From the IMG/VR virus record IMGVR_UViG_3300043420_000984, positions 27,487-91,486 of that record: a DNA stretch of 64,000 nt. The stretch is one strand, 5' to 3'. A program made the position numbers and the translations under genes. This document shows positions 57,001 to 64,000 of this stretch, one piece after another. Origin of the DNA: a virus. Below the pieces are notes generated by a model, which saw only the letters and a program-made list of their open reading frames with translations, was not told where the DNA came from and made no database searches. Positions within the stretch are counted from its first letter, which is position 1. The number at the start of each line of letters is the position of its first letter.

Positions 57001-60000
57001 ATCCAAAATGCTTACTTATTTACTGATGATGTTTTGAGACAACCTGCTTCTGGAGCGTCTGGTCAAATTGTCGGAACCGTTCAGAATGATAATGAAATTG
57101 TTTTAAGAAACGTCATAGGAACTTTCAACAATACAGGAACATTTTCTGCTGATATTAAAACTTTCATAATACTACTAGATCAAGATAGTTCTTATACAGA
57201 AGGAGCGGTTTTAAGTCTCACTGATGGACTAAATCCACCAATTGCTACAGCAGAAGTTCTGGAAAGTACTGGTCGACAAAACACAGTTACTATAAAAGTT
57301 CTCACTGGAGTGTGGATTGTAGATGATGATTATTTCTTGCAGTCTAGCAACTTGTTTAATACTGCTGGATCTAAAATTATTACATTAACTTCACTTAGTG
57401 ATAACTTAGAGCCATTTGAAGTCAATCAGAATGTTGCTTTAATAGAAACAGATTCTCCTCATGGTCTTGGTGTTGGTGATAGAGTAACAGTTTCTATCTC
57501 CCCAGATGATTCCACAAAGACAAAAAATTATTATATCAGAAAAAGACTTTATCAATCTGTTAAATTTAAAGAACCATCAAACTCAACAGTAATAGACTAT
57601 ACTGGAATTGGAAGATTTCAAATACTGAATGGTGGTGCTGATTACACTCCTGGTGTTTATACTAACGTTCCTCTTACTGGAGGTTCTGGATCAGGAGCAA
57701 CAGCAACTATAACAGTATCAGATGAAGGTGTAGTTTCACAATTACAAATTCAAGATGGTGGATCAAATTATGAAAAAGCAGATTTTGTCGGTGTAGATGA
57801 TCAGGAGTTACAAAGATCTGGCGCTTCATTAAGTTCTTCTAGATTGACACTTTATATCGATCATGTCGGAGTGTCTTTGGAATCCTCAGTATTTCCATTA
57901 AAAACTACTATAGGTTTTGCTGAAGGTGATCTGGTAAAGGTTGGTCAAGAGATTATAGAGATAACATCTATTAATGGTGATAGAATATCTGTTCTAAGGG
58001 GTATTGAAAATACTATTCCCGTAGATCATTTTGATGGACAATCAGTAACTCTATACAAACCAAAGTATAATTTTCCAGATAACTACAGAATTTCCACCAA
58101 TTCTGGATCTGGATTCATTCAATCATATAATCCAGATACACAAGAGGCGGTGATTGTATATGAATACTCAACTCAATTATTGACAGCGGAAAAAATTGAA
58201 CTTAGGACAACATTTTTTGATGTTAGTTCTCCACAAAGCAGATTGGTTAGAATTCAGGAAATACAAGATATAAACTTCAAATTTGAATTTTCTGAAGATA
58301 ATGTAGAATTTACACCAAACCCAACAATAAACATTCAAGAGTATTATAGGTATCTTTTTGATACTTCACATCCATCTTTAACTGGAGTTTATTTTGATTT
58401 GAGTCCAAGTAAAAGTTTTAATTTGGAAACCACAGAAAAAATAGAATCTACTATTTTACCTGGAAATCCTGGATCTTTCACAGACCTAAAGTTTGGTTTT
58501 GGAGCTCGATTAGCGAATAATAACTACAATAATAGAGTTGGTACAGATTTTGCTAATTTTTACTATTTCGACAGAAATGGTATAGTTAATTCTGATGGAT
58601 CTTACTTAAGAATTATTGACGATCCTTTACAGGGAACAAAAAGAGTTTCCTACGTAACTCCAAATCGTTTTGTTTATCATTTAAGTTCTGTACCTCTATG
58701 GGATGGATCTGGAGATATCTCATATACCACAAATGGTCAATTTGCTGTTGGTAAAATTAATTCCGTCAATATTACAAATTTTGGATCCAACTATAAGAAA
58801 GTTCCAGTAATTTTAGGTTGTTCTCCAAATAGCAATTTTGAAGGAAAAGCAAATGTTATATTTGATGAAAATATCAAAAAAATAGTTGGAGTCGAAATAA
58901 CTGAACTTGGATCCAATTATGTCAATCCAAAAGTAATAATTACAGATGGTGATGGTGTTGATGCAAGTTTTAAAGTAGTTGCTAGAGGAGGAAAGTTATT
59001 TTCTATTACAGTAGAAAATCCTGGTAGAGGATATACATATGCACCGAAAATAAAAATTATTGAAGGTGAATTAAAAGCATATGTCGAGAGTGACACTATT
59101 GGCATACCTCTGAGCGTAACTATTGTTAGAAATGGAGGATCTTTCCATTTAGATAAAACAGTTTCTTCAAATTACACAACAAATTATACAGTTTCTCTAA
59201 AAGACTTTACTGGAGATTTTCAGAGTGGTGAAGTTGTAACGCAAGAAATTAATAATGTAGAAGTCTTGAGAGCAAGAGTCTCAGAATGGAGAATTGGCAG
59301 TAACCTGTTAAAACTAGAAAATATCCAGGGAACAATTAGAGAAGGACTATTAATCAAAGGGAGAATATCAAGAACTGAAGGAACAGTAAAGTCTATATTT
59401 GTTACCAATTTTACAAATAATATTACAAGCTTCTATGATAATCTTGGATATTATACATCAGACAGAGGAAGACTTGGCGTTTCAAATCAGAGATTGACAG
59501 ATAGCTTTTTCTATCAAGATTATTCATATGTTGTAAAATCAAAAACTCCAATAGAACAATGGAGAGATTTAATTAAATCCACCACACACCCATCTGGATT
59601 TAAATTATTTGGTCAAGTTGATGTAGAATCTTCTGGCAATAACGTAATGCCAGAAGTAAAACCAGATCAGAAAGCAAGTCGTTTCTCGATTATCCAACTC
59701 TGGGATCCAGAAAAAAATAAGATAACTGTTGAAAATACTAGAAGAACGGTTACACAGACTGTACAAAAAGTAGAGAATACTAGAGTTAGAAAAGGAATTG
59801 GATCTGCCGCAACATCAGAGTTTAACTTCAATGAAACAAGGGCATTTACATTTACTCTTGCTGCTCCTTTAGATGGATATTATGATTCTGATGGAAGACT
59901 TCAGGGAACAACAGTTTTCCAAGTTTTAGATGATAATGGAACACCATTCAATCCAATTAGTGCGGAAAGTTTGATTGTTACTTTAGATGGCATTTTGCAA

Positions 60001-63000
60001 GAGCCAAATGTTGCATATACAGTTGAAGATGATAAAATTATATTTTCGCAACCACCCCTTGGACCAGGAATAAAACAAACGGGAGATAATTTATCTGATG
60101 TTACTTCATATAAAGGAGTAACTTTCTATGGCAAATGCTTCTACTTTAGAGACAGTCAGTATAACACAAGATATCTGAGAAAAATTAGAAACATCTTCCA
60201 AAGAAATGGAAGATGGATTGATGCATCCAATCAGCTCGAGAGAAATAAACAATTTATTATTGAGGAGTCTATTGGATATGGTAGAGAAAAATATCCAAAT
60301 TTACAGTGGAATACAAAATTAGAAGATTACAAAGAGATTGTAGAATTTTTCCTCGATGCATATAATCATGATTTGAGATTCGGTGGTAACTCAAAAACGG
60401 TAGATTATACTAATATTTTCGCGAAATCCAGAGAATACCAATTCTCCTTAAAGAATAAAAGTGAAACTTTAGATATTATAAAATATGCCACAAAACTAAC
60501 TTCTCTTTCGATTAGAAATTGGGACATTGTAGAAACTACAGTTTCTTATTTACAAGGATCTGACAAGATTAATGTAGTCGATTCTGATAGATTAGCAGTT
60601 GGAATGTATGTAAGTTCTGGAAGGGCTTTCCCTTCAGACACAAGAATTATTTCAATTGATAGTAACACACAAGTAACTGTATCAAAACAAGCATTAGTTA
60701 ACTCTGGAGGTGGCGGCGGTGCTCCAACTAGTGCTACTTTTTATATGAGTGGTATTAATAGTGGAACATTCTATGATGCTTCCAATTTAATTATTGCAAA
60801 TAAAGAATATCTACAGGAAGAAATTAGTGAGTATATTTACGATAATTATAACTTACCACAAAATGATAAAGCAAAATGCCGTAGAGATTTGGGGTACTTG
60901 ATAGACGCTGTTGTTTATCATTTAAGATTTGGTGGTAACAGAAGAGTTGTTGAATTTGCTCAATTATACTATACAAATGTTGGATATCCATATGGAGAAG
61001 AATTAACTTATATTAATAGAACCCCAGAAGAAACAACTGCTGCTATAGATGCTTGGACAAAACTCCAAGAAAAAATGATTCTTGCAATGAGAAATAGTTT
61101 AGGTGCTGGAACATATACGCAGATAGCACCATTTACAGATAATACAGTATCTACAGATACACAGTTCCCATATTGTGTTGAAGTAGCATCTTCTATAACT
61201 GAGATGATAAACATCGTAAAAGAAATTATCGATAGAGGAACAGGTATTGTAGAAATTACTGAGGTAAATCCAAATAAGAGTGGATTTTGGACTAATACAC
61301 TATCATACTCAAACTACAACATAATTGATGATCCTCTGATTTATGATCAGGAATGCGATGATGTTGTTTCATCCGTAAATTCTTTATATGAAAATTTGAA
61401 CAATATTGTAAATTCAAATCCTGTTATTAGAACTACTCCAGATTATATTGATGGCGAGACAACTACATTTGATCTATACTGGGAGAATGGTGATCCAGTT
61501 ATTACAGAAGAAGATGAAGATTTATTCTTGACAATCAATGCAGTTTTACAAAAACCAAAATATAATGAGTTTTATCCAGGACCAGACGCATATTATATTG
61601 ACAGAAATTTTGTTCCCAACAAGATTGTATTTGATGTCGCTCCTATATGGGATCAAGACTTTGGTGCCAGAACTATTGGAGAAGCAACAGCTGTTGAAAA
61701 AGTAGTTGGAATTGGAGTTGGAAACTATAAGAGACTCACTATTGATTATGATTTAGTTGATGGTAAGAGGACTGGACCTTTCTTAATTCTAGATTTAGAA
61801 GATTTAACAGTTGAGAATATTGAAGAGCCAGACTACATGTTTGTGTTTGTTGATGGCGTATTACAAAGAGAAAATTATTCATATACAGTTTCTGGTCCAA
61901 ATATTTACTTTACTGTTCCGTTAGTAGAGCAAAATAAAGTAGATATCAGATATCTCTATGGAAGAAATGTTGGTCAGATTCTGAGAATTTATGATTTTGA
62001 TCCAGATGGATTATTTGCAAAATCATCTGTTTCAATTGAAGTTACATCTGGATTATCAAACTTACTCTCATACTCTTGGTTGGGTGGAGATTTTGGAAGA
62101 CCAATTCATGCTTTCCAATTTAATCCAGACGGAACTTTCAATATGATTGGATCTGTTAAGAATTTGAAGGGTGTTGGTAATACATTAACTTTTGATTGTT
62201 CTGGAAATAAAAGTGAAATACTCCCAGGTGTCGATGTCTATTTTGCTTCGGCTGGAAAATATACTAGTCTTAATACTTCAATATCGATAACTTCTGGAAT
62301 TATAAATTATGAAACTGATGAAGATGGAAGGACTATCTTAGAAGACAATGAATCTTGGAAAGGAACTTTTTACAAGTGGAGATACAAAAATCCATTCATC
62401 AATATTTCTAATGGAGATAAGATCAGGCTAGAAGGTCAGAATAAGTTTAGAACTATTAAACAAATTCCAAGAAAAGCAACATCTAAAGAAGAAAGACTAC
62501 AAAATCAAGTATCGAATAATTTCTATTCTGCCGTAGAAATTGAAAGATATAATGGAATAACTCGTGGTGAAGGTCTGAGTGTTGTTGCTATTGTCGAAAA
62601 CGGTGTTGTTGTTGATTTACAATGGAATCAGCGTAATTATGACCCAATAACACAACCAACTGCATATCAATATTTCACTCCTCCTGTACTACATTTTATA
62701 CCAAAAAATGGAAATGGCGGTGGCGCAAAGGCAAATGTTTTAGTAAGTAAAGGTCAAGTTATAAGTGTTGATCTAATAAATGGTGGATCTGGATACACAG
62801 AACCTCCACAAGTTGTAGTTGCCAGAAGATTTGACGTTTTAGATGATAAAGATATAGGTGTCAGTGTTATTAACGCTGGACTAAATTTAGAGATTACTGG
62901 TTTTACAATGACCAGCAGCTCTAGAATTGACACGGCAGGAAATCAAGTACCTGGCATTAATACATTTGTGTCTATTATATTCGATAGTCCTATTGATTCA

Positions 63001-64000
63001 GATAGGACTATCACAGCGATAATCCAACTAGTTGAAGAAAACAATAATCTAGATTTGGTTGAAAGTGAACTCTTCAAAACAACCACACCAGGAGTAGATG
63101 AAATCAACAGAAACAGAATTGATGTATTCCTAGATACTTCAGAATTTGTTTCTGTTATCTCTGGCAGGGTAGAGGATGTAATTTCTAACTCTATTATTAC
63201 AACTGGAAGACAAATTACATCAACTATAATCCATGAAATTGATAATACATCTCTATCTAACATCAATTACTTTGAAGTTGGTGCATATCTTGATATTGAT
63301 TTGGATCCTACCGACAACATTGTTTATATCCCAAACACTTACAAGTTTAAAACAAATGGTTATCTGTTAGTTGGTAATGAGGTAGTAAGATACTATAAGA
63401 AACTATCTGATCGTTTCTTAACTGTTCAGAGAGGTCAGAATAATACCATTGCACAATTCTGGCCAGCGGGAACTTTCTTGCGTCAAATCCCAGATCCAGT
63501 ATCTTTAGCATTCGCTGGTGTATCTGTAATTGAATCCGACAGTAAAACAGTCGGTATATCGGAAGTTAGACTTTCAGAAAGAGGAAAGAGATTACAAATC
63601 TTACAAAATGCATCTCTGAATACTGTTACAAAAAATATCGCAACTGTCATTGAACCAACACTAAATGTTGAATCGATATCCAGTGTCACATTTAATAAAG
63701 TTACTAAGTTAGAACCATCTTTTGATGTTGTTCCTATTGCATCTATCACGAGAGGAGAATCTAGAGTTTTTGAAATTTTCCAAATAGTAACTTCTGAATT
63801 TGTTGTCAGAACTGTTACAAAAAATATCGCAACTGTCATTGAACCAACACTAAATGTTGAATCGATATCCAGTGTGACATTTAATAAAGTTACTAAGTTA
63901 GAACCACCTTTTGATGTTGTTCCTATTGCATCTATCACAAGAGGAGAATCTAGAGTTTTCGAAATTTTACAAATAGTAACTTCTGAATTTGTTGTCAGAA
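54082..64000 (+). CDS. gp7: Giant baseplate wedge initiator gp7-like protein, 3'-truncated (>3300 aa), with YHYH-like domain
   Basis: Starts MAAKTKRISTLVESQLPEFI; contains FYKTKGT, HSPVIGFAYDGNPIYGPYG, LTDSFFYQDYSYVVKS...HPSGF. Frame was open in every stretch translated; absence from the ORF track is consistent with no stop before the window end. Confidence 0.85.
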   Translation, partial: MAAKTKRISTLVESQLPEFISTEYELFGKFLQKYYEAQEVQGGPLDIISNIQKYSDIDFYEKNLLKQNDELAVGITATDNIIVLNDASSFPEKNGYVRIQDEIIFYAYRTDTTLEECSRGVSGNTTLGDLYSESDFKSTSAAPHVAGHKVHNVSNLFLYAFIKSFENQYLGSFPEKYLKGDVDKRTLIKNIQKFYKTKGTDSSIKFIFNTIVAKDINNKPSVYNPKDFTYKSSNSDWVNIYALKVKVISGDPKNLIGLKIVQNPTDEYDYASATVDNVFPDGTIDGERIWNIVLAPETVNGSFAISTKTRLEKDLSSTETTGGRVDAFSTIGWEPVGEILIEEEVITFEDKNATQFYIKNRGPVPVEHKQGSSIYKPVIIDGSGIKLLTLGVVYNLLPSTKNPYSSPGDKIQVSNPGFETSNQKIVKTGTNNPRWILNQGNPIISPTNTSVQNSLNQVKSDVSGIFEDDQYYYIASSSYPSYKILDGSTVTQNVQDQKLLKIIRKESTRTTEIYQSSKRDVGILVNGVPIYGFRDTESIRYGKLEEIRVNTRGRGYNNPPFVLINGQPNKARSFLSGQVLDRIVVTTNEIFLKEPDITVTSGFGAEVRAVVTKGEITSLVIDDPGKFYSSPPLVQIRDNAGQGRFANFTAVVDINGKIIDFIKVSGGNFYTQENVVVDIIPVGSDATAIPVLKEWNFNRFEKYKNNLDDQYGFLFENYNRLLEYGYGHVGNPKALRVLLNDNLSNSGVAPQNPSHSPVIGFAYDGNPIYGPYGYENGLDSSSPIVRMTSSYVLNANRQDRQDRPPISRYPIGSFVNDYTYKHSSGSLDKNNGRFCVTPDYPEGVYAYFLTIDSSQNPVFPYFIGENFYSLPVDSNYNSNINQNDLPKNAKRFFVPGMPGNGGGLIAKINEVRSGSVDRISIDSSSDNFSVNSKIYFDNKGTEGFDVESIVSSVKGKNVNYLESKEDKVVKLTTIQNAYLFTDDVLRQPASGASGQIVGTVQNDNEIVLRNVIGTFNNTGTFSADIKTFIILLDQDSSYTEGAVLSLTDGLNPPIATAEVLESTGRQNTVTIKVLTGVWIVDDDYFLQSSNLFNTAGSKIITLTSLSDNLEPFEVNQNVALIETDSPHGLGVGDRVTVSISPDDSTKTKNYYIRKRLYQSVKFKEPSNSTVIDYTGIGRFQILNGGADYTPGVYTNVPLTGGSGSGATATITVSDEGVVSQLQIQDGGSNYEKADFVGVDDQELQRSGASLSSSRLTLYIDHVGVSLESSVFPLKTTIGFAEGDLVKVGQEIIEITSINGDRISVLRGIENTIPVDHFDGQSVTLYKPKYNFPDNYRISTNSGSGFIQSYNPDTQEAVIVYEYSTQLLTAEKIELRTTFFDVSSPQSRLVRIQEIQDINFKFEFSEDNVEFTPNPTINIQEYYRYLFDTSHPSLTGVYFDLSPSKSFNLETTEKIESTILPGNPGSFTDLKFGFGARLANNNYNNRVGTDFANFYYFDRNGIVNSDGSYLRIIDDPLQGTKRVSYVTPNRFVYHLSSVPLWDGSGDISYTTNGQFAVGKINSVNITNFGSNYKKVPVILGCSPNSNFEGKANVIFDENIKKIVGVEITELGSNYVNPKVIITDGDGVDASFKVVARGGKLFSITVENPGRGYTYAPKIKIIEGELKAYVESDTIGIPLSVTIVRNGGSFHLDKTVSSNYTTNYTVSLKDFTGDFQSGEVVTQEINNVEVLRARVSEWRIGSNLLKLENIQGTIREGLLIKGRISRTEGTVKSIFVTNFTNNITSFYDNLGYYTSDRGRLGVSNQRLTDSFFYQDYSYVVKSKTPIEQWRDLIKSTTHPSGFKLFGQVDVESSGNNVMPEVKPDQKASRFSIIQLWDPEKNKITVENTRRTVTQTVQKVENTRVRKGIGSAATSEFNFNETRAFTFTLAAPLDGYYDSDGRLQGTTVFQVLDDNGTPFNPISAESLIVTLDGILQEPNVAYTVEDDKIIFSQPPLGPGIKQTGDNLSDVTSYKGVTFYGKCFYFRDSQYNTRYLRKIRNIFQRNGRWIDASNQLERNKQFIIEESIGYGREKYPNLQWNTKLEDYKEIVEFFLDAYNHDLRFGGNSKTVDYTNIFAKSREYQFSLKNKSETLDIIKYATKLTSLSIRNWDIVETTVSYLQGSDKINVVDSDRLAVGMYVSSGRAFPSDTRIISIDSNTQVTVSKQALVNSGGGGGAPTSATFYMSGINSGTFYDASNLIIANKEYLQEEISEYIYDNYNLPQNDKAKCRRDLGYLIDAVVYHLRFGGNRRVVEFAQLYYTNVGYPYGEELTYINRTPEETTAAIDAWTKLQEKMILAMRNSLGAGTYTQIAPFTDNTVSTDTQFPYCVEVASSITEMINIVKEIIDRGTGIVEITEVNPNKSGFWTNTLSYSNYNIIDDPLIYDQECDDVVSSVNSLYENLNNIVNSNPVIRTTPDYIDGETTTFDLYWENGDPVITEEDEDLFLTINAVLQKPKYNEFYPGPDAYYIDRNFVPNKIVFDVAPIWDQDFGARTIGEATAVEKVVGIGVGNYKRLTIDYDLVDGKRTGPFLILDLEDLTVENIEEPDYMFVFVDGVLQRENYSYTVSGPNIYFTVPLVEQNKVDIRYLYGRNVGQILRIYDFDPDGLFAKSSVSIEVTSGLSNLLSYSWLGGDFGRPIHAFQFNPDGTFNMIGSVKNLKGVGNTLTFDCSGNKSEILPGVDVYFASAGKYTSLNTSISITSGIINYETDEDGRTILEDNESWKGTFYKWRYKNPFINISNGDKIRLEGQNKFRTIKQIPRKATSKEERLQNQVSNNFYSAVEIERYNGITRGEGLSVVAIVENGVVVDLQWNQRNYDPITQPTAYQYFTPPVLHFIPKNGNGGGAKANVLVSKGQVISVDLINGGSGYTEPPQVVVARRFDVLDDKDIGVSVINAGLNLEITGFTMTSSSRIDTAGNQVPGINTFVSIIFDSPIDSDRTITAIIQLVEENNNLDLVESELFKTTTPGVDEINRNRIDVFLDTSEFVSVISGRVEDVISNSIITTGRQITSTIIHEIDNTSLSNINYFEVGAYLDIDLDPTDNIVYIPNTYKFKTNGYLLVGNEVVRYYKKLSDRFLTVQRGQNNTIAQFWPAGTFLRQIPDPVSLAFAGVSVIESDSKTVGISEVRLSERGKRLQILQNASLNTVTKNIATVIEPTLNVESISSVTFNKVTKLEPSFDVVPIASITRGESRVFEIFQIVTSEFVVRTVTKNIATVIEPTLNVESISSVTFNKVTKLEPPFDVVPIASITRGESRVFEILQIVTSEFVVR
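63622..64000 (+). repeat. 189-bp (63-aa) in-frame tandem repeat, at least two copies
   Basis: 63622-63810 versus 63811-63999, about 5 mismatches. Confidence 0.95.

Noticed and set aside
1-64000. tRNA or rRNA genes
   Set aside because: No cloverleaf or T-loop signature was recognised in the intergenic gaps; tRNAscan-SE would confirm.

Overview
This window comes from a T4-like cyanophage (cyanomyovirus) genome; all credible genes are on the + strand and no tRNA, rRNA or CRISPR array was seen. 1-18.3 kb is a late structural block: a giant tail-fibre-type protein truncated at the left edge, tail-collar proteins, three paralogous fibre-like proteins, a fibre chaperone and three 2OG-Fe(II) oxygenases. 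18.3-50 kb is an early/accessory region of roughly 100 small ORFs, including an SF2 helicase, a candidate restriction-modification pair, an RNA ligase, an LRV-repeat protein, an HNH endonuclease, and ArdA-, KTSC- and HicA-like proteins. 50.2-64 kb is a baseplate block: HNH, PAAR, gp25, gp6 and a gp7-like protein of >3300 aa truncated at the right edge. The main non-coding structure is about 35 copies of a promoter module (22-bp dyad GTG(A/C)CA-N10-TG(G/T)CAC, then 29-32 nt, then a -10 box). It cuts the early region into mostly single-gene cassettes and ends in a GC-rich array of interleaved paralogues. Other notable signals: a predicted late sRNA whose loop is antisense to the adjacent HNH nuclease leader, four cyanobacterial-type DnaA boxes, an AT-rich island with a perfect 30-bp palindrome, and two dyads that appear to fire in both directions. 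All functional calls rest on motif recognition by eye; no database search was run.
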